DNA from: Alphaproteobacteria bacterium
Lineage (GTDB): Bacteria; Pseudomonadota; Alphaproteobacteria; MPNO01
Assembly: GCA_964291675.2 (NCBI GenBank)
Contig: OZ219866.1
Location: forward strand, 2,432,001-2,496,000
Reading direction: 5' to 3'
Length of the DNA: 64,000 nucleotides
Under the pieces are notes generated by a model. That model had not been told where the DNA came from, did no database searches, and saw nothing but the letters and a program-made list of their open reading frames with translations. The stretch's first letter is position 1; each line of letters opens with the position of its first letter. Positions 49,614 to 61,579 of the stretch are shown here, in pieces. Position numbers and translations under genes: made by a program.

Positions 49614-50984
49614 CTACGCGGCGAGAAACGAGTCGACGAACCATCGGCCCCGGAGCGCCAGGGCGTAATCCTCGTGCGGGTGGCCGAGGAGCTGTATCCC
49701 CATCGGCAGGCCGCGGTCGGCCAGCAAGGGCAGGTTCCAGGCCGGCGCGCCGAGACATGAGGAGACGTCGCCATAGACCGGATCTCCGACCGGCATGCCG
49801 ACCGGCGGAGGGCCCTTGGCGGAGAGAGTCAGGTAGCCGTCGAACGCGCCGTCGAGCGCCGCGAACGTCCGCCGCAGCGCCTCGCGCATGGCGAGGCGGT
49901 CGCGGTAATCCTCGGGTGAAAGCGCCTCGCCCCGGGCGAGGCGTTCGAGAACCGCTTCGCTGAGCAGGTCGCCCTCCATGTCGCGGTATCCCCGGGTCGG
50001 CCAGCGCATCTCGTAGGCGAAGATGTCGAACATGAAACCGGGGATGGTGAGCAGGGCATTCTCCAGGGCGTCGAGGCGTTCGTCGTCCCCGCGCGAGACG
50101 ATTTCGACGCCGCTGCCGGCGACATCGGTCAGGAACCGCTCGAAGGCCTCCCTGGTCTCGTCCTCGGTGTCGGGCCAGGCGCGGGTCTCCAGCCGTGCAA
50201 GCCGGCGCGGCTTGACTGCCCGCTCCAGCTCGGGCCGACCGTAAAGGCCGGGGTGGCCCGGGTCGCCGCCGACGGTCTGCGAGATATGGAACGCCGTCCG
50301 CCAGCAATCCTCGAGCGAGCCGGCATGGACGCCGAGCACGCTCTGGCTCGGCGACATCGAGTGCCCGCCGCCGCGGTTGAGCGCACCGAACGTCGGCTTC
50401 AGCGCGTAGTTGCCGCAATAGCCGGCGGGCCGCTGGATCGAGCCCCTGACCTGGCTTCCGCTGCCTGCCGGCACCATGCCCGCGCCGACCGCCGCCGCGG
50501 TTCCGCTCGAAGAACCGCCGGGCGTGCGGGTCGGATCGAAGGGGTTGCGGGTCGGTCCGGGCGTGGCTTGGCCGAACTCCGTGGTCACGGTCTTGCCGAC
50601 GATGCCGGCCCCGCCGATGCGCAGCGCGTGGACATGGGCGGCGTCGCGGATCGACTGCCATCCCGCGTAGACCGGGCTGTTCATCTGGGTCGGCATGTCG
50701 ACGGTTTCATAAAGGTCCTTGATGCAGACCGGCATGCCGTCGACCGCCGACAGCGGACGGTTCTCCCGGTAGCGTGCCGAGGACCGATCCGCCGCTTGCC
50801 GCGCGCCCTCGACATCGGTGACGACGAACGCCTTCACCTCGGGCTCGCGGGCCTCGATCGTCTCCAGGCAGCGTTCGAGATAGGCCCGCGGCGTGTCGCC
50901 GCCGTCGAGAAACGCCGGGATGCAGTCGTGGAAGCCGCGCAGCTCCGGGTTGCGGGGGTCGTAGGGCCGGCGGGCGCCGCTCAT
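49614..50984 (-). CDS. Amidase-signature family amidase
   Basis: IKDLYET, GKTVTTEF, RTPGGSSSG, GSIQRPAGYCG (Ser-cisSer-Lys triad). Confidence 0.92.
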   Translation of the reverse strand: MSGARRPYDPRNPELRGFHDCIPAFLDGGDTPRAYLERCLETIEAREPEVKAFVVTDVEGARQAADRSSARYRENRPLSAVDGMPVCIKDLYETVDMPTQMNSPVYAGWQSIRDAAHVHALRIGGAGIVGKTVTTEFGQATPGPTRNPFDPTRTPGGSSSGTAAAVGAGMVPAGSGSQVRGSIQRPAGYCGNYALKPTFGALNRGGGHSMSPSQSVLGVHAGSLEDCWRTAFHISQTVGGDPGHPGLYGRPELERAVKPRRLARLETRAWPDTEDETREAFERFLTDVAGSGVEIVSRGDDERLDALENALLTIPGFMFDIFAYEMRWPTRGYRDMEGDLLSEAVLERLARGEALSPEDYRDRLAMREALRRTFAALDGAFDGYLTLSAKGPPPVGMPVGDPVYGDVSSCLGAPAWNLPLLADRGLPMGIQLLGHPHEDYALALRGRWFVDSFLAA

Positions 50985-51012
50985 CCTGTGGCTCCTTGGG
51001 AAGACCGGCGCG

Positions 51013-51891
51013 TCAGAGGCTCTGCGCGTAGTCGAGGATCAGCCGGTTGAAGGCTTCGGGATGCTCGCGGTAGCTGAAATGCCCCGAATGGTTGAACACG
51101 TGCATCTCGGTCCGGGGCTCCTTGTGCACCATGATCTCGTAGAGCCCGAAACCCTGGTCGATGGTCGCCGTCGGGTCGTTGAGCCCCCAGACGATCAGGT
51201 TGGGGCGCTCGGTGCCGGCGCTCATCAGCCGGTCGAAGGTGTCGCTCTTCTGGCGGGCGAGCTGCGGCACGAACACCCGGTCGAGCAGCCCTTCGTCGAG
51301 CATCTTGCGGACCGACTCCAGGTATTTCGGCAAGGCGGCCACCCGCATCAGCTCGTCGAGCCAGTCCTCGGTGACGATCTTCGGGTTCCACGAATAGTTC
51401 TCCAGCACCCAGCGCTGGCTCTCGCGGCTGAGATAGGGCTTGGGCGTGTCGGTGAAGACGATGTGGTTGCGGCCCTGGCCGGGGCCGAGCGTGTTGGTGT
51501 CGACCATGATGTTCGACTTGATGCGGGCGGGGTTCTCCAGCGTCATGCGGCAGGTGAGATAGGCGCCGCGCGAGTGGCCGACGATGTGGCAGTCGTGGAG
51601 ATCGAGCGCGTCGAGAAAGCCGAGCGCATGGCGCACCACCCGCGCCATGGTGTAGTCGTCGTCGGTCTCGGGGTTGCCGGTGTAGCCCTGTCCGATCTTG
51701 TCGACCGCGATCACCCGGCATTCCCCGGCCAGGGAGTCGAAATTGAGGTTCCAGTCGGCCGCGCAGTCGGCCCCGTGATGGGAGCCGAAATTGCCGCCGT
51801 GGAACAGCACGATCGTCTCGCCGGTCCCCTTGTCGAAATAGCGCGTGTCGATCCCGTCGACATCGATGAATTTCGCCTGCGAAAAGTCCAT
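51013..51891 (-). CDS. Alpha/beta hydrolase, paralog H1
   Basis: FHGGNFG, DKIGQG, GHSRGA, WGLNDP, GHFSYREHPE; GGAGG RBS. Confidence 0.9.
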   Translation of the reverse strand: MDFSQAKFIDVDGIDTRYFDKGTGETIVLFHGGNFGSHHGADCAADWNLNFDSLAGECRVIAVDKIGQGYTGNPETDDDYTMARVVRHALGFLDALDLHDCHIVGHSRGAYLTCRMTLENPARIKSNIMVDTNTLGPGQGRNHIVFTDTPKPYLSRESQRWVLENYSWNPKIVTEDWLDELMRVAALPKYLESVRKMLDEGLLDRVFVPQLARQKSDTFDRLMSAGTERPNLIVWGLNDPTATIDQGFGLYEIMVHKEPRTEMHVFNHSGHFSYREHPEAFNRLILDYAQSL

Positions 51892-51920
51892 TTCCGCCTC
51901 CCTCGTCTCCGTGCGGCCGT

Positions 51921-52799
51921 TCAGGGCGCGTGAATGAAGGTTCGGACCACCTCGTTGAACCGTTCGGGGTGCTCGCGGAAGCTGTAATGGCCCGACCGGT
52001 TGAAGATCTGCCAGCGCGCCCGGCGCTCCCTCTCGGCGAGGATGCGGTAGAGGCCCATCGCCTGTTCGCGCGACACCGTGGGGTCGTCGCTGCCCCAGAT
52101 CTGGAGGACCGGGCGCTGGATGCCGCGGGTGCCGAGGATGCGGAACATCTCCTCCTTCTGGGTGAGGATGCCGGGCAGGAATTTGGTCCACTGGAAGCCG
52201 TCCCCGGACATCTTGCGCACCGCCTCGGCGTATTTGGGCTGCCGCGCGATTTCCACCATGGCGTCGATCCACGCATCCGATATGTGGTCGTGGCCGTAGG
52301 AGTATTTCTCCACCACCCAGCGCTGGCTCGCGGCGCTCAGCGCGGGCCCGGGCATGTTGGCGAACACGAGCTCGTTGCGCCCGATTCCCGGCGCGCAGGT
52401 GTTGCTGTCGACGATGGTGCAGCTCTTGACCAGCTCCGGGTGCTCGACCGTGAGGCGGCAGACCAGATAGCCGCCGCGCGAATGGCCGACCAGATGCGCC
52501 CCCTCGATCCCCAGCGCCCGCAGCGTCGCATATGCGTGCTGCACCGCCGCATGCATGGTGTAGTCGTCATCCGTCCGGGGATTGCCGGTGTAGCCCTGTC
52601 CCAGCTTGTCGATGGCGAAGACGCGGAACCATTTGGCGAGGCCGTCGAAATTGAGGTCCCAGTCGTCGGCCGAGCAGGCGCCCGTGGTCGAGCCGAAGGC
52701 GCCGCCATGCACCAGCACCAAGGTCTCGCCCGAGCCCCGCTCGAAATAGCGGGTACGCACCCCCTCCACGTCGACGAATCTTGCGTCCGGTATCGGCAT
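51921..52799 (-). CDS. Alpha/beta hydrolase, paralog H2
   Basis: VHGGAFG, DKLGQG, GHSRGG, WGSDDP, GHYSFREHPE. Confidence 0.9.
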   Translation of the reverse strand: MPIPDARFVDVEGVRTRYFERGSGETLVLVHGGAFGSTTGACSADDWDLNFDGLAKWFRVFAIDKLGQGYTGNPRTDDDYTMHAAVQHAYATLRALGIEGAHLVGHSRGGYLVCRLTVEHPELVKSCTIVDSNTCAPGIGRNELVFANMPGPALSAASQRWVVEKYSYGHDHISDAWIDAMVEIARQPKYAEAVRKMSGDGFQWTKFLPGILTQKEEMFRILGTRGIQRPVLQIWGSDDPTVSREQAMGLYRILAERERRARWQIFNRSGHYSFREHPERFNEVVRTFIHAP

Positions 52800-52824
52800 T
52801 CGTGTCTCCCGCGTCCGCGATGTT

Positions 52825-53748
52825 TCAAGTCACCCCTGACGACGCCCGCTTGAGACGGGGGTCGAGTATGTCGCGCAGCCCGTCGCCCAGCAGGTTGATG
52901 CCGAGCACCGTCATGAAGATGCAGAGCCCGGGAAACAGCGCCAGCCACCACGACGTCGAGATGTGCTCGCGCCCGTCGGCGAGCATGCTGCCCCAGGTGG
53001 GGATTTCCGGCGGCACCCCGAGCCCCAGGAAGCTGAGGCTGGCTTCCGAGATGATCGCCGATGCCATGGCGAAGGTGCCGATGACGATCGCCGCCTGCAG
53101 CAGGTTGGGCAGGATGTGGCGGCCGACGATCCGCCCGTGCGAGGCGCCGAGCGACCGCGCGGCGGTGACGAAATCCCGCGCCCTCAGCGACAGCGTCTGC
53201 CCGCGCGCGACGCGGCAATAGGGGATCCAGCGCTGCGCCACCAGCGCGATGATCAGGATGCCGAGCCCCTGCCCCATGAAGGCGAGGATGGCGATCGCCA
53301 GCAGCAGCGGCGGGAACGCCCAGACGACCTCCACGGTCTTCTGGATGGCGAAATCGGTGCGCCCGCCGAAATAGCCCGAGATCGCCCCGAACCCGACGCC
53401 GACGATGCCGGAGACCAGCACCACCGTGGAGGCGATCACCAGCGAGATCCGCGCGCCGTAGATGATCCTGCTCAGAATGTCGCGCCCGACATGGTCGGTG
53501 CCGAGAAAGAACCTGCCGGCGAAGTAGTCGGGCGCCTGAAGCGCGGCCAGCAGGTCCTGCTGGTTGGGGTCGTAGGGGGTGATCACCGGGGCCAGCACGC
53601 CCACCGTTATCAGCAGCGCGACGACCGCCCCGCCGAGGCAGATCTTGACCTTCATCCAGCGCCGCGAGCGCCTTTTCAGCTCGGCCAGCCACTGGACCAG
53701 CGGCGCGGCGCGGCTAGTCGAAACGGATTCTTGGATCGATCGCGCCAT
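52825..53748 (-). CDS. Peptide/nickel ABC transporter permease (DppC-like)
   Basis: LGTDHVGRD, FVTAARSLGAS, HILPN, EASLSFLGLG. Confidence 0.92.
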   Translation of the reverse strand: MARSIQESVSTSRAAPLVQWLAELKRRSRRWMKVKICLGGAVVALLITVGVLAPVITPYDPNQQDLLAALQAPDYFAGRFFLGTDHVGRDILSRIIYGARISLVIASTVVLVSGIVGVGFGAISGYFGGRTDFAIQKTVEVVWAFPPLLLAIAILAFMGQGLGILIIALVAQRWIPYCRVARGQTLSLRARDFVTAARSLGASHGRIVGRHILPNLLQAAIVIGTFAMASAIISEASLSFLGLGVPPEIPTWGSMLADGREHISTSWWLALFPGLCIFMTVLGINLLGDGLRDILDPRLKRASSGVT

Positions 53749-54718
53749 AGCTGATATCGATGAGGAAGTTGACGGTGACGAACAGCACGGTGTAGGCGAG
53801 CACCACGCCCGTGATCAGCGGGTAGTCGCGGGTGCCGAGGCCGTTGATCAGCAGATTGCCGATCCCCGGCCAGGCGAACACGGTCTCGACGATGATCGAG
53901 CCCGAGAGCAGCGTGCCGAGCTCGAGACCGACGACGGTGATGATCGTGATCAGGGCGTTGCGGACGATGTGGCGCCACAGCACGACCCGGCCGCTCAGCC
54001 CCTTGGCGCGGGCGGTGGTCACGAACTCCTCATGCGTCACGTCGAGGATCGCCGAGCGCGTGACGCGCATCAGGATGCCGAGCATGTTCACGCCGAGCGT
54101 AGCCGCCGGCATGACGATGTAGGAAAGCGCGTCGAAGAACCCTTTCCAGTTCCCCTGGATCAGGCTGTCGACGGTGTAGAAGCCGGTGATCGTCGGTCCG
54201 GCGATGCCGTAGGTCTCGCGCCCGGCCGACGGCAGCAGGTTGAAATACCCCGAGACGATGAGGATCAGCATGATCCCCATCCAGAAGCTCGGCATGCTGA
54301 TGCCGAAGAAGCCGAACACCGAGCCGAAATTGTCGACCCAGGAGTTGGGTCTGGCTCCGGCCCACACGCCCAGCGGAACGCCGATCAGGACCGCCAGCAG
54401 GGTGGCGAAGAAGGTGAGCTCAAGCGTCGCCGGAAAGCGCTGCGCGAGCAACGTGGTGACCGACTCCTTGTAGCGGAACGACTCGCCGAAATCGCCCTGC
54501 ACGGCGGAGCCGAGGAAGACCAGGTATTGCTCGTGGAACGGCTTGTCGAGCCCCCACCGCGCCCGCGCCTCGGCGATATCCTCGTGCGTCGCCTCCTCGG
54601 GCAGCAGGATATCGGCCGGATCGCCGGGCGCGAGCTGCAGCAGGCCGAACACCAGCAGGGTGATCAACAGAAGGACGGGTATCGTCCCGACCACCCGCTT
54701 GAGGGTGTAGGTCAGCAA
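53714..54718 (-). CDS. Peptide/nickel ABC transporter permease (DppB-like)
   Basis: PGDPA, GDFGES, FPATLEL, TARAKGL, ETVFAWPG; TTG start. Confidence 0.92.
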   Translation of the reverse strand: MLTYTLKRVVGTIPVLLLITLLVFGLLQLAPGDPADILLPEEATHEDIAEARARWGLDKPFHEQYLVFLGSAVQGDFGESFRYKESVTTLLAQRFPATLELTFFATLLAVLIGVPLGVWAGARPNSWVDNFGSVFGFFGISMPSFWMGIMLILIVSGYFNLLPSAGRETYGIAGPTITGFYTVDSLIQGNWKGFFDALSYIVMPAATLGVNMLGILMRVTRSAILDVTHEEFVTTARAKGLSGRVVLWRHIVRNALITIITVVGLELGTLLSGSIIVETVFAWPGIGNLLINGLGTRDYPLITGVVLAYTVLFVTVNFLIDISYGAIDPRIRFD

Positions 54719-54781
54719 ACGAAACCCGCCTTTCCGTCAGACCGGCAAGGCGCGATGCCGCCGCGCGGCGGGCGGCGCCGG

Positions 54782-56314
54782 CTAGTTCTTCATCGTCGCT
54801 TCGCTCATATAGGGACGACCGTCCGGCCGCGGCTGGTAGTCGACGTTGTTCGCCACGCCGTATTGCAGCGTGTGCGTCCACATGAAGCAGGCCGGCGCCT
54901 CCTCGGTCAGCACCGACATCGCCTCACGCAGCGTCGCGATGCGCTTCTGCTCGTCGAAGGCGGCCCGTTCGGCCTGCATCAGCTTGTCGTACTCGGCGCT
55001 GGAGAACTTGATGCGCGGCGACACCCCGGTCTCGAAATACTGCGACAGCGCCGGGCCGGGGTCGATCACCGAGCCGCGGCCCTGATAGAAGAACGGCACC
55101 TTGCCCTTGCGCACATTGGCCCACTGCGTGACCCATTCGGGGGTGTGCAGCTTGGTCCTGATCCCGACCGCGCCCAGCATCGGCACCATGGCCTGGGTGA
55201 TCTGCTTGTCGTTCACGTAGCGCGCGACGGGCGTGTACAGGTCGACATCGACCCCGTCGGCGTATCCCGCCTCGGCGAGCAGCTTCTTCGCCTTCTCCGG
55301 GTTGTAGTCGTAGACCGGCTTGTGGTCGGGGTTGTAGGCGTACTGGCCCGGCCCGATCGGACCCTGCAGAAGCTGCGCCTGCCCCTTGAGCAGCGCCTTC
55401 ACGATGCCCTCGCGGTTGATCGCGTGGCAGACCGCCTGGCGCACCTTCTGGTTGTCCCACGGCTTCATCGCCGGGTTCATGGCGAGGAACATGATCTCGA
55501 CCGAGCTGGTGGGAACCAGCCTGGCGTTCTTCGACTTCTCGATGCGGCTCAGGAGATGCGGCGGGATGAACTGCGCGATCTGGATCTCGCCGTTGAGCAG
55601 CGCGGTGACCCGCTGTTCCGACTCGGTCATCTTGCGCACGATCACGATGTCCGGCGAGCCCGGCCTGAGGAACGGGTTCCCTTCGGCCTTCTCCAGCACC
55701 ATGCGGTTGCCGATGACGAACTCCTTGAGCCTGTAGGGTCCGGCGCCGTAGGGGTGGTTCTTGTCGGCTTCCTTGGCGCCGTACTTGTCGTAGGCGTCCT
55801 TGCTGGAGATCGCCCACAGGCCGCAGATATAGCTCAGCAGCGACGATGTCGGCTTGTGGGAGATCATCCTGACGGTGTAGTCGTCGACCGCCTCGACGGA
55901 CTTGATCTTCCGCGCCGAGTTCTGCTTCTGGCTGCTCTCGGGATCCTTGCTCATGCGGAAGAAGGAGTGGACGACGTCCTTCGCCGTCAGCTCGGTCCCG
56001 TTGTGGAACTTCATCCCCTTCTTGAGATGGAAGATCCAGGTGTTCTCGTCCTTGACCTCCCATTTCTCGGCGAGATGGCCGACATAGCCGCCCTTCTCGA
56101 AGCTGTAGCGGCAGAGATTGCCGTAGATCTCGCCCCACAGACCGTAGAGATGCGACGCGCTGTCGCCATAGGGGTTGACCGTGCTGAGATTGGAGGTGAT
56201 GCCGAGCGTGAGCCGGGTCTCCGCCGACGCGGTCGCGCCGACCGTGACCCCGGCCGCCAGAACGGCGCACGCCGCCATTCTCGACGCCACTCGCGCGGAA
56301 GCTGAAACTCGCAT
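54782..56314 (-). CDS. Peptide/nickel ABC transporter substrate-binding protein (family 5)
   Basis: Signal peptide, FHNGTELTAKDV, GAGPY, KVRQAV..AIN, YNPEKAKKLLAEAG. Confidence 0.92.
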   Translation of the reverse strand: MRVSASARVASRMAACAVLAAGVTVGATASAETRLTLGITSNLSTVNPYGDSASHLYGLWGEIYGNLCRYSFEKGGYVGHLAEKWEVKDENTWIFHLKKGMKFHNGTELTAKDVVHSFFRMSKDPESSQKQNSARKIKSVEAVDDYTVRMISHKPTSSLLSYICGLWAISSKDAYDKYGAKEADKNHPYGAGPYRLKEFVIGNRMVLEKAEGNPFLRPGSPDIVIVRKMTESEQRVTALLNGEIQIAQFIPPHLLSRIEKSKNARLVPTSSVEIMFLAMNPAMKPWDNQKVRQAVCHAINREGIVKALLKGQAQLLQGPIGPGQYAYNPDHKPVYDYNPEKAKKLLAEAGYADGVDVDLYTPVARYVNDKQITQAMVPMLGAVGIRTKLHTPEWVTQWANVRKGKVPFFYQGRGSVIDPGPALSQYFETGVSPRIKFSSAEYDKLMQAERAAFDEQKRIATLREAMSVLTEEAPACFMWTHTLQYGVANNVDYQPRPDGRPYMSEATMKN

Positions 56315-56395
56315 TACCGTTCTCCCCTTCGGATGTTCGTCCCCAGCGGCATCCCCGCCGCATGGCCGCAGTCTACAGACATCGCCGCCGCCGGC

Positions 56396-57697
56396 TCAAT
56401 AATAGCCCGCCGCGATCGCCTGGCAGACCAGCTCGACGGCGGGCGGGACCAGCCCCAACGGCAGCCCCTCCTCGGCCCGCCAGTAGGAGTGGATGCCGGT
56501 GCCGAACTCGACGATCCGCACCTCGGGCGCGGGCTCGATCTTCTCCAGCATGGGCAGCATGACGCCGTAATACTTCTCCGGCGTGTGGTCGCGGCTGAAC
56601 CGGGCGATCATGTAGAGCAGCGGCGGCACCGGCTTCGCGCCCTTGCCCTCCAGCGGCCGCCCCATGCCGATATAGCGCTGCACCAGGTCCCGCGTTCCCG
56701 TCTCCGACAGGCCGAGGCGGGCCGCGGTCACGGTCGCGGCTTCGGTGAGCGCCGGGATCGAGTGGATGTGGAAGAAATTCTCCGCCTTGATCTGCGGGAA
56801 GCGCTTGACCTCCTCCCACGTCTCGAAGACTTCCTCCATCACCCAGGGCAGCCGCATCAGGGGCTCGCCGCCCTCCTGCATGTAGAGCTCCGCGCCCCGG
56901 TAGCGGGCGAGCTCGCGCCAGTCGCGGACCAGCAGGTCGTTGAACGGGTTGGGCCAGTCGTGCCCGGCCATCGCGTGGAAGATGCAGGCGAAGGTGGAGT
57001 TCTCGATCCCGGCGAGCCCGACGACGTTCTCGACGCGCTGCAAAATCATGTGCGAGAACGGCCCGCCGGTAGAATGGCCGTGGGTGTAGACGGCGAACTC
57101 GTCGACCGGGAAATGCCGCCGGCACAGATCCTTCATCGCCGCCTCGAAAGCGAGCGGCCAGGCCGCCATCCGCGCATGGAACACGGTCCCCGGGCGGGCG
57201 CGGGCGAAGGTCCGGGTGCCGTAGACGTGGCGCAGGGACGCCTCGCGCACGATGTCGTACTGCTCGCGGCCGATCGCCTCGCCGCGCTTCCAGATCGGCG
57301 TGCGCAGCCCGCCATCGGCGAGCCTGGTGTCGCCCGGCCAGTCGCGCGACGGGTCGGGAAAGTAGAGCCGGCCCGGGAAGGTCATGTTGACCACCTTGAA
57401 GCCGCGCTTCCGCGCGAGGGTCAGCGCGTAGGGCTCGATCGAGCGCCAGTCGCTCGCCCCGCCATGGGTCATCAGCATGCCGGAACGCCGCCCGTCGGCG
57501 GAGACATGGGCTCTGGCGCGGTCCACCGGCTCGTAGACCATCGCGCCGATGTCCCATTCCATGCCGGCGACGTCGAGGCGGAACACGTCCTCGTACCGCC
57601 CGATCTCGATGTCGGGCTCGGCCAGCACGCGGTCCGAGATCTCGACCAGCTCGTCGCGCGCGTAGCGCCTCGGCGGCTGCCACGATCCGTCGGGCAT
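56396..57697 (-). CDS. Uncharacterised protein X1 with a probable alpha/beta-hydrolase nucleophile elbow
   Basis: Start MPDGSWQPP at 57697, 17 bp after the H3 stop. THGG, GHSTGGP, DH, late GIH; paralog of 61580..62869. Confidence 0.75.
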   Translation of the reverse strand: MPDGSWQPPRRYARDELVEISDRVLAEPDIEIGRYEDVFRLDVAGMEWDIGAMVYEPVDRARAHVSADGRRSGMLMTHGGASDWRSIEPYALTLARKRGFKVVNMTFPGRLYFPDPSRDWPGDTRLADGGLRTPIWKRGEAIGREQYDIVREASLRHVYGTRTFARARPGTVFHARMAAWPLAFEAAMKDLCRRHFPVDEFAVYTHGHSTGGPFSHMILQRVENVVGLAGIENSTFACIFHAMAGHDWPNPFNDLLVRDWRELARYRGAELYMQEGGEPLMRLPWVMEEVFETWEEVKRFPQIKAENFFHIHSIPALTEAATVTAARLGLSETGTRDLVQRYIGMGRPLEGKGAKPVPPLLYMIARFSRDHTPEKYYGVMLPMLEKIEPAPEVRIVEFGTGIHSYWRAEEGLPLGLVPPAVELVCQAIAAGYY

Positions 57698-57714
57698 GGT
57701 TCCGGTCCCCGCGC

Positions 57715-58590
57715 CTAGAGCGCTTGGATGAAGCCGCGCAGCATCTCGTTGAAGATCTCCGGCTGCTCGCGGAACGAATGGTGCCCCGCGCGGTTGATGA
57801 TCTGGAGCTGGCAGCGCGGCTCGGTGGCGGCGATCAGGTCGAACAGCGCATAGCCCTGCTCCAGCGGCGCCGTCGGGTCGTTGCGGCCCCAGACGATCTG
57901 CGTCGGTCTGCCCATGCCGCGGTCGCGGATCCAGGCGAACATCACCGACTTGTCCTTCGCCAGGCCGGGCAGGAACATCCTGGTCTTGAGACCCTCGTCC
58001 TCCATCTTGCGGACGGATTCCTGGAACTTGGGCAGGTTCGCCACCTCGACTGCGGCATCGAGGAACGCGTCGTCGATGTGGTGCGGGCTGTAGGAGTAGT
58101 GCTCGTAGACCCATTTCTGGCACTCGCGGCCGAGCCGGGGTCGGGGCGCGCCGGCATGCACGACGTCGTTGAGCCCGCGCCCGGGCGCGCAGGTGTTGCT
58201 GTCGATAATGGTGCAGGACGCCACTAGCCCGGGCTGCTCCAGCGTCAGCCGGCAGACCAGGTAGCCGCCGCGCGAATGGCCCGCGAGATGCACGTCCGAG
58301 AGCCCCAGCGCGCGGATGAAGCCGTTGGCGTGCTGCACCACCGCGTTCATCGTGTAGTCGTCGCCCGGCGGGTTGTCGGTATGTCCCTGGCCGAGCTTGT
58401 CGAACGCGACGACATGGAAGTCGCGGGCCAGCGAATCGAAGTTCCGGTCCCAGACGACGGCGCTCGACGCCGCCTCGTCGGAGCCGAAATTGCCGCCGAA
58501 GACGAGCACCAGGGGCGGCCCGGAGCCGGCTTCGAAATAGCGCGTGCGGATTCCGTCGACATCGATCCACTTGGCATCGGTCATCGGCAT
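57715..58590 (-). CDS. Alpha/beta hydrolase, paralog H3
   Basis: VFGGNFG, DKLGQG, GHSRGG, WGRNDP, GHHSFREQPE. Confidence 0.9.
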   Translation of the reverse strand: MPMTDAKWIDVDGIRTRYFEAGSGPPLVLVFGGNFGSDEAASSAVVWDRNFDSLARDFHVVAFDKLGQGHTDNPPGDDYTMNAVVQHANGFIRALGLSDVHLAGHSRGGYLVCRLTLEQPGLVASCTIIDSNTCAPGRGLNDVVHAGAPRPRLGRECQKWVYEHYSYSPHHIDDAFLDAAVEVANLPKFQESVRKMEDEGLKTRMFLPGLAKDKSVMFAWIRDRGMGRPTQIVWGRNDPTAPLEQGYALFDLIAATEPRCQLQIINRAGHHSFREQPEIFNEMLRGFIQAL

Positions 58591-58631
58591 GATCGCGTCT
58601 CCCTGGACCAGGAAATAACCGCCCGAGATCG

Positions 58632-59510
58632 TCAGTTCAGGCTGGAGATGAAGCCGCGGACGATCCCGTTGAACCGTTCGGGGTGCTCGCGGAACGGGAA
58701 ATGCCCGGCCCGGTTGACGATGTGGAAATAGGCCTGGCGTTCGCCGGCGGCGATCGTCTCGTAGAGCGGAATGCCCTGGCGCAGCGGCGCGGTGGGGTCG
58801 TTGTAGCCCCACACCAGCTGGGTCGGCCGCTTCATCTTCCGGTCCTGGATCCAGCGCAGGGTCTCGGCCTTCTGGCGCGCCAGCTCGGGCAGGAAGAGGC
58901 CCGCCTTGAGGCCCTCGTCCTCCATCTTGCGGATCGCCTCCTGCGTCGTGGGAAGGCGGCCGACCTCGACCACGGCATCGAGCCAGGCTTCGGTGATGTG
59001 GTCGGGGGAGTAGGAATATTTCTCGTAGGTCCAGCGCTGGCACTCGCGGCTGAGCGGCTCGTATGGCGGCTGGGCGTGGACGATCTCGTTGAGCCCGACG
59101 CCGGGGCCGAGCGTGCCCGAGTCCACGATGGTGCAGGACCGGACGAGCTCCGGGAATTCGAGCGTCAGCCGGCAGACCAGGTAGCCGCCCCGCGAATGCC
59201 CCACCAGATGGACGTTGGAGAGTCCGATAGCGTCGATGAAGGCAGCGGCGTGATGGACGACCGCGTTCATCGTGTAGTCGTCGTCGATCGGGTTGCCGGT
59301 ATGGCCCTGTCCCAGCTTGTCCGGCGCTACCACATGATAGTCCGCCGCCAGCCCGTCGAAGTTGCGGTCCCAGGCGATGGCGCAGTTCGACCCGTCCCTG
59401 GAGCCGAAATTGCCGCCATAGAAGAGCACCACGGTCTCGCCCTCGCCGGCCTCGAAATAGCGCGTGTCGACATCGCCGACGCTGGTCCATTTGGGATCGT
59501 TCATCGGCAT
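58632..59510 (-). CDS. Alpha/beta hydrolase, paralog H4
   Basis: [35 protein letters not shown]. Confidence 0.9.
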   Translation of the reverse strand: MPMNDPKWTSVGDVDTRYFEAGEGETVVLFYGGNFGSRDGSNCAIAWDRNFDGLAADYHVVAPDKLGQGHTGNPIDDDYTMNAVVHHAAAFIDAIGLSNVHLVGHSRGGYLVCRLTLEFPELVRSCTIVDSGTLGPGVGLNEIVHAQPPYEPLSRECQRWTYEKYSYSPDHITEAWLDAVVEVGRLPTTQEAIRKMEDEGLKAGLFLPELARQKAETLRWIQDRKMKRPTQLVWGYNDPTAPLRQGIPLYETIAAGERQAYFHIVNRAGHFPFREHPERFNGIVRGFISSLN

Positions 59511-59512
59511 CT

Positions 59513-60499
<987 letters not shown>

Positions 60500-60528
60500 C
60501 TCTGCGGCTTCCCCCGAACCCCGGCCGG

Positions 60529-61491
<963 letters not shown>

Positions 61492-61579
61492 CTGCTAACC
61501 TCGCCGCCCGCGACACGGAGTCCCCGGCAGGCTGGCCCGGGACCTCTCGGCAGCGTCGAGGATCGGAGGAGGAAAGCGC

